Below are positions 50,536 to 60,978 of a stretch of DNA of 64,000 bases, piece after piece. Both the position numbers and the translations under genes were made by a program. Under the pieces are notes generated by a model. That model was not told the DNA's origin, did not search any database, and saw only the letters and a program-made list of their open reading frames with translations. Origin of the DNA: an uncultured Candidatus Rokubacteria bacterium (GTDB lineage: Bacteria > Methylomirabilota > Methylomirabilia > Rokubacteriales > DASRDR01); the NCBI GenBank assembly GCA_963805625.1, contig CAWDVE010000019.1, positions 352,001 to 416,000 on the forward strand, given 5' to 3'. Within the stretch, counting starts at the first letter, position 1; the number at the start of each line of letters is the position of its first letter.

Positions 50536-50614
50536 GACGTCCGGCGTCAGGTGGCACCCGAGACCGTCCACGGGCCGAAGGCCGTCCGACGGAACCCTCC
50601 TACGAGAGCGTTCG

Positions 50615-51571
50615 ATGAAGCCGTCGGATCAAGGCCACCCGATCGGTCCCAGCCCGGAGGCCACAGACCGAAGGCTGCCCGATGAGGGTGGCCCGGCGAG
50701 CCCGGAGGGCGATCGGGCCGGGTTTCCGTCGGGCCCGGGCGAGGACGGGCGGCGGCTCCCGGGGCTGATCGTGATAGAGACGCGCGATCTGAGGAAGACC
50801 TATGGCGGCAAGGTACCGGTGCCGGTCCTGCACGGCGTCGATCTCGAGATCCGATCCGGTGAGTTCGTGGCGATCGTTGGGCAATCGGGGAGTGGGAAGA
50901 CGACGCTCCTCAATCTTCTCGGCGCTCTCGACACGCCCACGGGCGGGACCGTCGTGATTAATGGAGTAGACATCGGCATGCTCGACGACGATGGACTGGC
51001 CGACTTCCGGAGCGACGAGATCGGGTTCGTGTTCCAGTTCCACTACCTGCTCGACGAGTTCAGCTGTTTGGAGAACGCGCTGATGCCCATCCTCATCCGA
51101 TACGGGAGCGTCACCGACGCTCAGCGCGCGCGTGTTGTGGAACTCCTGCGTCGGGTCGGGCTCGAGGGGGAGCTGCACAAGCGACCCGGCGAGATGAGCG
51201 GTGGCCAGAACCAGCGTTGTGCGATCGTGCGGGCGCTCGCAAACGAGCCGAAGATCATCCTGGCCGACGAGCCGACCGGAAACCTTGACAGCCGCGCCGG
51301 TGAAGAGGTCTTTGCCTTGATGCGGGAGATGAGTCGGGAGCACGGAGTCGCATTCGTCATGATCACCCATGACGACCGGCTCGCTCAGGAGGCCGACCGC
51401 ATCCTGCTGATCGAGGACGGCCGCATCCTGGAACTGGCCAAGCCGCAGCACCGGGCCCGGACCGCCGGCCGGCTGTTTGGACTGGCCCCCGACGCTCCGA
51501 GTGGAGCGGCGCCCATCACGGCGGGCGGGCCGCTCCAATCGAGTCGGGCGGTCCGAGACTGCGCCGGCTAG
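50615..51571 (+). CDS. ABC transporter ATP-binding protein (LolD-like); true start possibly ~50771
   Basis: GQSGSGKT, MSGGQ, ILADEPTGNLD, ITHD. Confidence 0.9.
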   Translation: MKPSDQGHPIGPSPEATDRRLPDEGGPASPEGDRAGFPSGPGEDGRRLPGLIVIETRDLRKTYGGKVPVPVLHGVDLEIRSGEFVAIVGQSGSGKTTLLNLLGALDTPTGGTVVINGVDIGMLDDDGLADFRSDEIGFVFQFHYLLDEFSCLENALMPILIRYGSVTDAQRARVVELLRRVGLEGELHKRPGEMSGGQNQRCAIVRALANEPKIILADEPTGNLDSRAGEEVFALMREMSREHGVAFVMITHDDRLAQEADRILLIEDGRILELAKPQHRARTAGRLFGLAPDAPSGAAPITAGGPLQSSRAVRDCAG

Positions 51572-51667
51572 CATGTGGACTCCATGGGCCGGGCTCCCGG
51601 GACCGGTCCTCGGTCAGCGGTGCCGATGCAATCCGGCGCCCGCATCGGCGCGCCCGCGCCCGGCCGA

Positions 51668-51901
51668 TCAGGGACGCTGGCGTCCTCTCTTCGCAGCGAC
51701 GCGTGGACGAGCCTTGCCGCGCGCTCGTCGCTGCGGGGGCGCGGGGTCCGCCAAGGCACGCCGGAGCAAAGGCAACAGCGTGCTCGGAATGGCACGGCAC
51801 GCGCAGTGCGAACGGTGCGCGGTGTGCCACGCGACGCGCTGATCGACGGTCGGGTTCTTCGGCATCGGGTGCCGGTTGTGCCACGTGGCAGTGATCGTCA
51901 C
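51668..51901 (-). CDS. Small His/Cys/Trp-motif hypothetical protein
   Basis: GTG start with RBS AGGAGG; WHNRHPMPKNPTVDQRVAWHTAHRSHCACRAIP. Confidence 0.65.
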   Translation of the reverse strand: MTITATWHNRHPMPKNPTVDQRVAWHTAHRSHCACRAIPSTLLPLLRRALADPAPPQRRARGKARPRVAAKRGRQRP

Positions 51902-51978
51902 CGCCCACCTCCTGCTGCCCTCCGCGAGACCGTGCGTCCCGGCCCGGCCGCGGCGGCCTCGCGTCGAACGCTCCGAGC

Positions 51979-54522
51979 GTGACCTTCTTCCGCCCAGCGC
52001 GCGTTCACGCCAAAGCGGACACGCTGGACGCCTACTGGGCGTTGAGCCCGGCCGAGGTGATGGGACATCTCCGCTCGGGGCCCGCAGGTCTCTCTTCGGC
52101 GGAAGCGGCACGCCGGCTGGCGCAGTATGGGCCCAACGAGCTCCGGGAGCAGGGTCAGCTGTCCAGGGCGCGTGTCCTCTGGAACCAGCTCCGCAGCCCC
52201 CTGCTGCTGCTCCTGGTCTTCGCCGCCGGGGCCTCCGCGCTCACGGGGGCGTGGATCGACGCTGCCATCGTGCTGGTGATCCTCGTCGCGAGCATCGGAA
52301 TCGGCTACTCGAGGGAATACCGCGCTCAGGTGGCTGCCGACGAGCTGAGAGCCCGGGTGCAGGCGATGGCGACCGTCGTGCGGGACGCGCAACCGGTGAC
52401 GATCCCGTTCCGCGTGGTGGTGCCAGGGGACGTGGTCGTATTGGCCGCGGGAAGCCTGCTTCCGGCGGATGCCGTCGTTCTCGAATCCACGGACTGCTTC
52501 GTGAACGAAGCGGTGCTGACGGGCGAGAGCTTCCCCGTCGAAAAGACGCCGGGGGTCGTCGCCCGCACGTCCGTCCTCACCGAGCGCGCGAACTGCGTCT
52601 TTCTCGGCACGAACGTGCGGAGCGGCACCGCGCGCTGTCTCGTCGTCGCGACCGGCGCCGCGACCCAGTTCGGCGCGATCGCCCACCGGCTCACCCTCCG
52701 GCCCCCGGAGACGGAGTTCGACCGCGGGCTGCGTCGGTTCGGCTATCTCCTCACCAGCGCGATGCTCGTGATGGTGCTCGTGGTGTTCGCGGCGAACATG
52801 CTGCTCGGACGCCCCCCGATCGAGACGTTGCTCTTCTCCATCGCGCTGGCCGTGGGATTGAGCCCGGAGCTGCTCCCCGCCATTCTGTCCGTCAACCTCG
52901 CACGGGGGGCGCAGCTCATGGCGCGCCACGGCGTGCTCGTCAAGCGGCTGAGCGCCATCGAGAACCTCGGGAGCATGGACGTCTTGTGCACCGACAAGAC
53001 CGGCACCCTGACCGAGGGCATGGTCCAGCTCGAGGGGGCTTACGACGAGCACGGAGAGCGGTCGGCGACTGTTCTGGAGCTCGCGAGCCGGAACGCCGCG
53101 CTGCAGACCGGCCTGACGAACCCGCTGGATGAGGCGATCCTGCGCGCTCACGAGGCGGATCTGGCTGACGTGGAGAAGCTGGGCGAGGTCCCCTACGATT
53201 TCGTCCGCAAGCGCCTGAGTGTCGTGGTCCGTGGCCGTGCGGGCGTCGCCCTCGTGACCAAGGGGGCATTCGAGCACGTGCTGGAGGCGTGTGCGCGGTC
53301 CGCGGACGGAGGGCCGCTCGACGCGGTCTGGAGGACCGCGCTGAGGGACCGGTATCTCCGGTGGAGCGCGGAGGGCACCCGCGTTCTCGCGGTCGCCACG
53401 CGCTCCCTGGAGGAGAAGCCGTCGTACGGTCGGGACGATGAGCGCGAGCTGGACTTTGTCGGATTCCTCACCTTCCTGGATCGACCGAAGGAAGGCGTTA
53501 CGGAGGCCCTGGCGGACCTGGCGAAGCTGGGGGTGTCGGTCAAGCTCATCACGGGGGACAGTCGGCTCGTCGCCCAGCACGTGGCGAGGGCGGTGGGCAT
53601 GCGCGCGGAGCGTGTTCTCACGGGGAAGGATCTCGATGAGCTGCACGACGAAGCCCTCTGGAGCGCCGCCGAGCGCACGGATCTCTTCGTCGAGGTGGAT
53701 CCGAACCAGAAGGAACGGATCATTCTCTCGCTCCGGAAGATGGGTCGCGTAGTCGGCTTCCTGGGCGACGGGGTGAACGACGCGCCGGCCATGCACGCGG
53801 CGGACACGAGCCTGTCGGTTGATCAGGCCGTGGACGTGGCGAAGGAAGCAGCCGACTTCGTCCTCCTGGAGCGACACCTCGAGGTGATTCGGCGCGGTAT
53901 CCAGGAAGGCCGGAAGACCTTCGCCAACACGCTCAAGTACGTCCTGACGACGACGAGCGCGAACCTCGGGAACATGGTCAGCATGGCGGTGGCCTCGATG
54001 TTTCTCCCGTTCCTGCCGCTGCTGGCCGGGCAGATCCTGCTCAACAACTTCCTGTCTGACGTGCCGGCAGTGGGGCTGGCCGACGACAGCGTGGATCCGG
54101 AGCTCGTCGATCGCCCGCGCCGATGGGACATGCGCTTCATCGGGCGATTCATGGTCGTGTTCGGCGTGCTGAGCTCCCTCTTCGACTTCCTCACGTTCGG
54201 GGCGCTCCTCAAGCTCTTCGACGCGACGCCCGAGCTCTTCCGCACGGGGTGGTTCGTGGAGTCCCTGCTGACCGAGCTCGTCATCGCGCTCGTCGTGCGC
54301 ACCCGGCGGCCGTTCTTCCGGAGTCGACCGGGGACGACGCTGCTGGCGTTGACGGCCGCAATCATGGTCGCGACATTCGTCATCCCCTTTCTGCCGTTCG
54401 CCGGGCTCTTCGGTTTCACGGCGTTGCCAATCCTGGTGCTGCTGACGCTGATCGGGATCACCGTGCTGTACATCGTAGCCACCGAGCTCGCGAAGGCGCG
54501 GTTCTACCGGGGAGTCGAATGA
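51979..54522 (+). CDS. mgtA: Magnesium-translocating P-type ATPase
   Basis: TGES, AVGLSPELL, DKTGT, PYDFVRKRLS, GDGVND, SANLGN. Confidence 0.88.
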   Translation: MTFFRPARVHAKADTLDAYWALSPAEVMGHLRSGPAGLSSAEAARRLAQYGPNELREQGQLSRARVLWNQLRSPLLLLLVFAAGASALTGAWIDAAIVLVILVASIGIGYSREYRAQVAADELRARVQAMATVVRDAQPVTIPFRVVVPGDVVVLAAGSLLPADAVVLESTDCFVNEAVLTGESFPVEKTPGVVARTSVLTERANCVFLGTNVRSGTARCLVVATGAATQFGAIAHRLTLRPPETEFDRGLRRFGYLLTSAMLVMVLVVFAANMLLGRPPIETLLFSIALAVGLSPELLPAILSVNLARGAQLMARHGVLVKRLSAIENLGSMDVLCTDKTGTLTEGMVQLEGAYDEHGERSATVLELASRNAALQTGLTNPLDEAILRAHEADLADVEKLGEVPYDFVRKRLSVVVRGRAGVALVTKGAFEHVLEACARSADGGPLDAVWRTALRDRYLRWSAEGTRVLAVATRSLEEKPSYGRDDERELDFVGFLTFLDRPKEGVTEALADLAKLGVSVKLITGDSRLVAQHVARAVGMRAERVLTGKDLDELHDEALWSAAERTDLFVEVDPNQKERIILSLRKMGRVVGFLGDGVNDAPAMHAADTSLSVDQAVDVAKEAADFVLLERHLEVIRRGIQEGRKTFANTLKYVLTTTSANLGNMVSMAVASMFLPFLPLLAGQILLNNFLSDVPAVGLADDSVDPELVDRPRRWDMRFIGRFMVVFGVLSSLFDFLTFGALLKLFDATPELFRTGWFVESLLTELVIALVVRTRRPFFRSRPGTTLLALTAAIMVATFVIPFLPFAGLFGFTALPILVLLTLIGITVLYIVATELAKARFYRGVE

Positions 54523-55280
54523 CGAGCTGGACCTTCAGTTTGTTGAGCGTGGGGATCGTCAGTCTGGTCTCCCTGGCGGGTCTCGTGACCCTGTCCCAGA
54601 ACGAAGCGCGCACGCGCCGCCTCGCCGCCCTGCTCGTGAGCTTCGCGGTAGGTGCGTTGCTCGGCGATGCATTCATCCACCTCATCCCACAGGCCTTCAA
54701 GCAGGACACAGTCACGCTGTGGCCATCGCTCCTGATTCTCGGCGGGATGCTGCTCTTCTTCGTGGTCGAGAAGCTGTTGCGCCACGAGCATGGTTTGCTG
54801 CATCGGTACCATCATCCCGAGGCGAGCACGCATCCGGAGCTGGCCGCCGTGAACATTCTCGGCGACGCGATTCACAACTTCATCGATGGGGTCTTGATCG
54901 GGGGAAGCTACCTCGTGAGCCCGGCTCTCGGCCTGGCGACGACTGTCGCCGTGCTCTTTCACGAGATCCCGCAGGAGCTCGGTGACTTCGGCATCCTGAT
55001 CCACAGCGGGCTCAGCGTGCGCCGGGCGGTTCTTCTGAACCTCGCATCGGCGAGCGTGGCCATCCTGGGGTCCGTTGCGGCGCTGCTGCTCGGCGCGGTG
55101 TCCGGGGCGGCGGTCACGATGGTGCTGATCCCGGTCACGGCGGGGGGCTTCGTGTACATCGCGGCGGCCGACCTGATCCCGGAGCTCCAGCACGACCGGA
55201 GCGGTCGTGGCTTGCTCATTCAGGTCAGCCTGATCTCGCTGGGGATGGGCGTGATGGGGCTTCTCGCGATTCTGGAATGA
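54519..55280 (+). CDS. ZIP family metal transporter
   Basis: GDAFIHL, His-rich loop, DAIHNFIDG, HEIPQELGDF. Confidence 0.92.
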   Translation: MTSWTFSLLSVGIVSLVSLAGLVTLSQNEARTRRLAALLVSFAVGALLGDAFIHLIPQAFKQDTVTLWPSLLILGGMLLFFVVEKLLRHEHGLLHRYHHPEASTHPELAAVNILGDAIHNFIDGVLIGGSYLVSPALGLATTVAVLFHEIPQELGDFGILIHSGLSVRRAVLLNLASASVAILGSVAALLLGAVSGAAVTMVLIPVTAGGFVYIAAADLIPELQHDRSGRGLLIQVSLISLGMGVMGLLAILE

Positions 55281-55402
55281 CGCGGCGGAGTCGGGCCGCG
55301 TGCGACGTGGTCCGGGTGCCAACCGAGCCCGGCGCAGGATGCGGTCTCGGCCGTGCCTGTCAGCGCCGAGCAGCGCCGGGGACCACCTGCCGACAGAGGA
55401 GC

Positions 55403-55837
55403 CTAAGGCTGGGCCACTTCGGCCTCGAGACGGATGGGGGTTGCCAGCGAGGCAGAGACGAGGCACGCGCGCTCCGCCTTTTCCATGGCGCGCCGCGCCC
55501 GGTCCGGGTCCGCCCCGGCCGCGAGCCGGAGGCGCGGCCGGAGGATGATCTCCGTGAAGCGCGTCACGCCATCCGAGCGGTCGACGGTCCCTTCGGCGGT
55601 CACCTCACACCTCGTGAACTCGACCCGCGAGGCCCGCGCGACGGCACGCAGGGTGAACAGGAAGCAGGTTTCCACGGCGGCCAACAGGAGTTGCTCGGGG
55701 CTCCACGCGTCGCCGGGTCCGTCGAAGTCGATGGGCGGCGCGCTCCGGAGATCGGGGAGTCCGTCAGCCGTGGCGAGGGCGTGGCCATCGGGGCCCCCGC
55801 CGAGCCGGACCGAGTAGCGGTGGGGCAGGGGCTTCAC
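55403..55837 (-). CDS. OsmC family protein
   Basis: FDGPG..WSPEQLLLAAVETC...AERACLVSASL. Confidence 0.88.
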   Translation of the reverse strand: MKPLPHRYSVRLGGGPDGHALATADGLPDLRSAPPIDFDGPGDAWSPEQLLLAAVETCFLFTLRAVARASRVEFTRCEVTAEGTVDRSDGVTRFTEIILRPRLRLAAGADPDRARRAMEKAERACLVSASLATPIRLEAEVAQP

Positions 55838-56781
55838 CGTCCGACTCCTCTCGGCGTTGCCCCCGGAACAGGCTCTTCCCGCGCGCTGGCGGGGGCGATC
55901 GTGAGCACCGGGCACGGGGCCGTCTGGATCACGCCATGCGCGACCGAGCCAAGCATCCAGCGGACGACACCCGACCAACCGTGAGTGCCCATGACGATGA
56001 GGTCGGCCGCATGCTCCTGGGCGCTGTGGACGATCTGTTCGTCCGCGATTCCCCGGGCGACGCGCACGCGGATCCGCTCGCGCGGCAGCGTGGACCCCTC
56101 GAGGAACCGTTCGACTTCCATGCGTCCCTGCTCGTCCAGGAGCTTGGCCATCCGGCCAATCGTCTCCGCAGACATGTGAGGATCGGTGACGGGCTCGAAG
56201 GTGACGTGAACCAGGTCCACGTCGGCGCCGGCGGCGTTCGCGATGGCGACGACCCACAGCCAGGCGGCCCGGGAGGTTGGTGAGAAGTCCGTCGCGTAAC
56301 AGATCCGACGGATCTCAGGCCGCGGTTTGCTCCCCGGGATGGGTCGGACCGTCAGAACCGGGCACGTCGCCTGGCGCACGAGCCGATCCGCAACACTGCC
56401 GATGAGGGCGCGCTGGAGCCCGGCGCGGCCGTGAGTCCCGACGACCAGGAGATCGGCCGCCTCTTCTGTCACGACCTCCAGGATCCGGGGGGCCGGCTTC
56501 CCCTCCTCAACCCGCATCCGGACCTTCAGTCCCGAGCCCGCCACGCTGCCGAGCAGGCGATCGAACCCCTCCTCCGCAGTACGGCGCGCGTTCTGGAGGA
56601 GTTCTTCATAGAGGTTGGGAGGAAAGTAGCCCTCGGTGGGAAGGACGAATGGTGGCGGGGACACGTGCAGAAGCAGGATCTCGGCGCCGAACAGCCGGCC
56701 GAGCCGCCGGGTCTCGTACCAGGCCGGCTCCGACACGGAGGAAAGATCCGTCGCGTAGACGATTCGGTGGATTGTAGTCAC
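55834..56781 (-). CDS. Tandem-domain universal stress protein
   Basis: Two USP domains (IVYATDLS / ICYATDFS), each with GTHG..G..GSVA..CPVL. Confidence 0.92.
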   Translation of the reverse strand: MTTIHRIVYATDLSSVSEPAWYETRRLGRLFGAEILLLHVSPPPFVLPTEGYFPPNLYEELLQNARRTAEEGFDRLLGSVAGSGLKVRMRVEEGKPAPRILEVVTEEAADLLVVGTHGRAGLQRALIGSVADRLVRQATCPVLTVRPIPGSKPRPEIRRICYATDFSPTSRAAWLWVVAIANAAGADVDLVHVTFEPVTDPHMSAETIGRMAKLLDEQGRMEVERFLEGSTLPRERIRVRVARGIADEQIVHSAQEHAADLIVMGTHGWSGVVRWMLGSVAHGVIQTAPCPVLTIAPASAREEPVPGATPRGVGR

Positions 56782-56856
56782 GGGCCCCCTCATCACCGAC
56801 CGTGAGGTCGACACTCGGTCATCATCGGGAGCCACGCTGGCTCCCTCCGTCGACCG

Positions 56857-56872
56857 TGCAACGATGGTGCCG
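56857..56872 (-). promoter_or_regulatory. Putative sigma54 promoter of usp-osmC
   Basis: CGGCACCATCGTTGCA. Confidence 0.7.
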
Positions 56873-57012
56873 TGGTTACGCCGCTGGGCGGCGGATGCCC
56901 TCCCGCCACGGACTCGCGGGGTCGCCCGCCCCGTTTGCGCCTCAATGGGGTCCATCGATGGCCACACGACTCGGTGCCGAGGAGAGGTCGGATGCCCCAT
57001 TGCCGGGACACC

Positions 57013-57030
57013 TGGGGTATGGCGGCCTCA
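57013..57030. promoter_or_regulatory. Candidate activator site
   Basis: TGGGG-TATGGCGG-CCTCA. Confidence 0.45.
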
Positions 57031-57189
57031 CCTACTCGCTGGCCGCTCACCTGGGGGTCCGATCGCCACGCCACGCGGCCCGGTTTCTGGGGGGAGGGGG
57101 AAGGGGACGGCGGGCGACCTCCTCCCGAGTTCGTCGAGGAACCCGAGGCTGCCAGGCGCCGACCGACTCAGGTATGCTCAGTCGGCCGG

Positions 57190-57694
57190 CTGACACGGCA
57201 GAGACGGCTATCTCTTGTGGCATCCATCAGGCTGCGACGGCAGGGGCTCAAACTGGAGACCCGGGTGCTGCGCGACGAGCCGAACCCCGAGCCGCCCGAG
57301 ACCATCCGCGAGCGGCTCCAGCTGCGGCGGTGGAGCAGCGTGGCCGTCGTGGAGGTACTCCGGCTGGTCGTCGGCCAGGTGATCGCCCACGACCGCGCCT
57401 ACGTGCCGACGCCGCTCGCCGCCCGCTTCCAGCCGGAGGAAGTGGGTGACCCCCTTGCTGGAGGTGCTGCGCGACCGGGGCCGGGTGCAACTCGGCCGGC
57501 TCGAGTGGGAGATCGAGATCCTCCCGAGCGGCCCCGAGGTTGCGCAGGCGCTCGGGATCATCTCCGGCGTTCTGGTCGTGGCGAGCCGGGCCACCGCGTA
57601 CTCGCGCCAGGGGATGCCGGTCTCCCGAAGCGAGCGGTGCTATCCCATCGACCGGGTGAAGTTCCATGTTGCGGGCAAGATCTGCCGGACGTGA
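57190..57694 (+). pseudogene. GntR/HutC-family UTRA domain remnant (no HTH, frameshift near 57445)
   Basis: LRRQGLKLETRVL..LRLVVGQVIAHDRAYVP continues in another frame as EVAQALGI..GMPV..RCYPIDRVKF. Confidence 0.65.
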
Positions 57695-57756
57695 CCGGCG
57701 CCGAGAAGCGACCGTCCCGGGCGTGCGCCGCGACGCCCGGGCACAGCGAGGGAGCG

Positions 57757-58689
57757 ATGACCGAGCGACGACTACCGAGCGAGGCCGAGGTGCAGAGCTG
57801 GATCCGGGAGCGCAACAACTGGGGCCGCTGGGGCCCGGACGACCAGCGAGGAACGATCAACCTGATCACACCGGCGAAGCGCGTGGAAGCGGCGCGGCTC
57901 TGCCGCACCGGCCGCAGCGTGTCGCTCTCCCGGCCCTTTCCCAAGGAGCCGGGGATCAACAACGCCTTCCCCGCGCAGCACTTCATGCGGACGATGGCGC
58001 GCGGGAAGGGGGGAGCCGCACTCGACTACTACGGCATCTTCTACCACGGTGTCGCGTCCACCCACATCGACGCCCTCTGCCACACGTGGGACGAGCGCGC
58101 CATGTGGAACGGCCGGGATCCGAAGCGGGAGATCACCTTCGACGGCGCCACGTTCGGCTCGGTCGAGCACTGGCGGGAGGGAATCATGACCCGCGGCGTG
58201 CTCCTGGACGTGCCGCGGCACCGCGGGGTGCCGTCGGTGACCCAGGACCGCCCGGTCCACGGCTGGGAGCTGGAGGAGATCCTGGAGGCCCGCAGCCTCC
58301 GTCTCATGCCGGGCGACGCGGTGGCCGTCTACAGCGGGCGCGAGGCCTGGCAGGCTGCGAATCCGGACACGCCGTACGGCCGCCCCTTCGGCGCCGGCCC
58401 CGTCGCCCGACCGGGACTCCACGTGTCGTGCCTGCCGTTCCTGCGGGACCATGACGTGGCGCTCCTCGTCTGGGACATGCTGGATCACCTGCCCATCGGC
58501 TACGACATCGCGTGGTCGGTGCATGCGGCCATCTTCGCGTACGGGATGCCGCTGCTCGACAACGCGCTGCTGGAGCCCCTGGCGAAGGCCTGCGCTGAGG
58601 AGGGGCGGGACGAGTTCATGCTGATGATCGCGCCGCTCCCGGTGGTGGGCGGCACCGGCTCCCCGGCGAACCCGATCGCGGTGTTCTGA
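57757..58689 (+). CDS. Cyclase family protein (kynurenine formamidase-like metal hydrolase)
   Basis: NNWGRWGPDDQRGTIN, HGVASTHIDALCH, RGVLLD, GGTGSPANP. Confidence 0.9.
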   Translation: MTERRLPSEAEVQSWIRERNNWGRWGPDDQRGTINLITPAKRVEAARLCRTGRSVSLSRPFPKEPGINNAFPAQHFMRTMARGKGGAALDYYGIFYHGVASTHIDALCHTWDERAMWNGRDPKREITFDGATFGSVEHWREGIMTRGVLLDVPRHRGVPSVTQDRPVHGWELEEILEARSLRLMPGDAVAVYSGREAWQAANPDTPYGRPFGAGPVARPGLHVSCLPFLRDHDVALLVWDMLDHLPIGYDIAWSVHAAIFAYGMPLLDNALLEPLAKACAEEGRDEFMLMIAPLPVVGGTGSPANPIAVF

Positions 58690-58756
58690 TCCACTGGCCC
58701 TGCCCCGGGGTCGAGCGGCTGCTCGCCCTCTCACGGATCCTGGCGCTAGGCGGCTG

Positions 58757-58925
58757 TCACTCGTTGCTGGTGATCGTAACGGTCGCGCAGCTGGGACTGC
58801 CGACGCTGTAGCTGGGGTCGGGCGTCACGGTGACGATGACGGTACCGGGCCCTTCCGGCAAGAGGTCGTCGATCACCGTTACGGCGACGTTGACGGTCGC
58901 GACGCCTGCGGGAATCGGAGACGCT
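58757..58925 (-). pseudogene. Calx-beta domain fragment
   Basis: Manual translation IPAGVATVNVAVTVIDDLLPEGPGTVIVTVTPDPSYSVGSPSCATVTITSNE*; no intact upstream gene. Confidence 0.6.
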
Positions 58926-59121
58926 TGCGGCGCTGATCGGGGCGCTGCCGATGACGCTCCGAACGACCGTGGTCGGCCCGGCGCGTCCGCGTTCGCGTCG
59001 GGAGCCCAAGCCCGGACGAAGCCCTCGTATCTCCCAGACCTGGCTCACCGGCAGGATGAGCCAGGACAGTTGGTGGGCGGGAGCCCGGCGGGGCCAGGTC
59101 CTGTCAGGACCGGTACGGAGC

Positions 59122-60399
59122 TCAGTACCCGAGGGCTCGTGGCAGGGTCAGCGCGATCCACGGGACGTACGTGACGACGAGCAGGGCGCCGACCAGCGGC
59201 AGGAGCCACGGGAACACCGCCGCCACCACCTCCTCGAAGCTGGTCTTCGTGAAGCCCTGCATGGCGTACAGCCCCATGCCGACCGGAGGCGTGAACAGGC
59301 CGATTCCGACCCCGACGATCAGGACGATCCCGAAGTGGACCGGATCGACGCCGATCCGAACCAGAGCGGGCACCAGGATGGGCGGCAGCACCAGCAGCAG
59401 CACGGCGCCCTCGATGAAACAGCCGAGGAAGAGCACGAGCAGGTTGACGGCGAGGAGGACCAGGGCCTGGTGCTCCGCGAACCTGAGAACGAACTCGGCC
59501 ATGAGCTGAGGCACGCGCTCGACCGTCAGGATCCAACCGAGGATCAGACCCATGGCGATGATGATCGCCAGCCCCGCCACCTCCCGTCCGACCTCGACTG
59601 TCACCCTCAGCACGTCCTCCACACTGAGCTCCCGGTACACGGCCAGCCCGAGAAGCAACGAGTAGCAGACGGCCACCATCGCCGCCTCGGTCGGGGTGAA
59701 CACCCCGACGGTCATCCCTCCGATCAGCAGGAGCGGCGCCAGCAGGGCCGGAAGGGCGGCGATGCCGCTCCGGACGAGCCCTGAGCCGGTCGGCACAGGC
59801 TCCCGGGGGAAACCCCGGCGGACGGCCACCCAGTACACACAGAGCATCTGGATCGCCGCGACCAGGAGCCCCGGGCCAACGCCGGCGAGGAACAGAGCGG
59901 TGACTGACACCTCGGCGCTGCTCGCATAGACGACGGCCGGGATGCTGGGCGGAATGATGGGACCGAGGATCGACGAGGCGAGCGTCACGCCGAGGGTGAA
60001 CCGCTTGTCGTACCCCGCGTCCAGCATGGCCTTGACCTCGATCTGACCCAGGCCACCCAGGTCGGCCAGGGCCGAGCCCGACATCCCGGCGAAGATGAGG
60101 CTTCCGAGGACGTTGACGTGCCCCAGCCCACCCGGGACGAAGCCCACCAGATCGTGGCAGAAAGCGTAAATCCGCGTCGTGATTCCCCCGACGTTCATGA
60201 GACGGCCCGCGAACATGAAGAGCGGAATCGCGACCAGCGGGAACGAGTCGAGTGCGAGCGCGGCCCGCTGGGCGAGCGTCACGACGGACAGATCGGTCTG
60301 CACGACGTAGACGAGGCAGGCTACCCCCATCGCCAGGTAGATCGGGATCCGCAGGGCCATCAGCACGAGCAGCACGGCGAACAGAAGCAGGACGGGCAC
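59122..60399 (-). CDS. dctM: TRAP transporter large permease
   Basis: LVAIPLFMFAG, FAGMSGSALAD, IIPPSIP, TPTEA, TPPVG. Confidence 0.93.
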   Translation of the reverse strand: MPVLLLFAVLLVLMALRIPIYLAMGVACLVYVVQTDLSVVTLAQRAALALDSFPLVAIPLFMFAGRLMNVGGITTRIYAFCHDLVGFVPGGLGHVNVLGSLIFAGMSGSALADLGGLGQIEVKAMLDAGYDKRFTLGVTLASSILGPIIPPSIPAVVYASSAEVSVTALFLAGVGPGLLVAAIQMLCVYWVAVRRGFPREPVPTGSGLVRSGIAALPALLAPLLLIGGMTVGVFTPTEAAMVAVCYSLLLGLAVYRELSVEDVLRVTVEVGREVAGLAIIIAMGLILGWILTVERVPQLMAEFVLRFAEHQALVLLAVNLLVLFLGCFIEGAVLLLVLPPILVPALVRIGVDPVHFGIVLIVGVGIGLFTPPVGMGLYAMQGFTKTSFEEVVAAVFPWLLPLVGALLVVTYVPWIALTLPRALGY

Positions 60400-60420
60400 G
60401 GCAGCGCGGAGCGTCCGGGA

Positions 60421-60978
60421 TCAGCGCTCGCCGCCCGGCGATCCCGCGGCTCCGCGGAGCCAGCGGACGACGGCGGCGACGTGCAGGTAGACCTGGAGGG
60501 CGGCCGCGACCGGGAGGACCCCGACCAGGAGACTCAGGGGCAGCTGGAGCGCGGGGAGCCGGATGCCGTCCATCGCGGCGGTGAGCCAGAGCCCGGCAAC
60601 GACGAGGGTCCCGTGGAACACGACGCCCAGGAGGTCGGTCAGGAGATTCGCGCCGCGCTGGGCGCCAAGCGGCAGGCGATCGTACAGGGCGTCGACGGCG
60701 ACGTGGAGGCGGGACTCGGGCAGGACCAGGGCCCCCAGGTAGGCGAGCCAGACCAGCAGCAGGCGGGACACCTCCTCCGGCCACCGGAGCGGGGCGTTGA
60801 AGACGTAGCGAAAGCAGACCTGGACCGCGCCGGCGCACACGATGCCGGCGAGGCACAGACCCGCGCCCCATCCGCCGGCGGCAGTCACCCAGGACGACAG
60901 GCGATCCTCGCCCCGGACGGCGGGAGCGCCGTCTACCGGCCGAGGGCTTGGACCTGCTCCAGGAGCGTTTGCGTCCAC
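60421..60978 (-). CDS. dctQ: TRAP transporter small permease
   Basis: QVCFRYVFNAPLRWPEE..HVAVD; 4 TM segments. Confidence 0.88.
   Translation of the reverse strand: MDANAPGAGPSPRPVDGAPAVRGEDRLSSWVTAAGGWGAGLCLAGIVCAGAVQVCFRYVFNAPLRWPEEVSRLLLVWLAYLGALVLPESRLHVAVDALYDRLPLGAQRGANLLTDLLGVVFHGTLVVAGLWLTAAMDGIRLPALQLPLSLLVGVLPVAAALQVYLHVAAVVRWLRGAAGSPGGER

Noticed and set aside
51790-51810. Sigma54-like matches upstream of mgtA
   Set aside because: Weak -12 elements, and they lie within the antisense small CDS.
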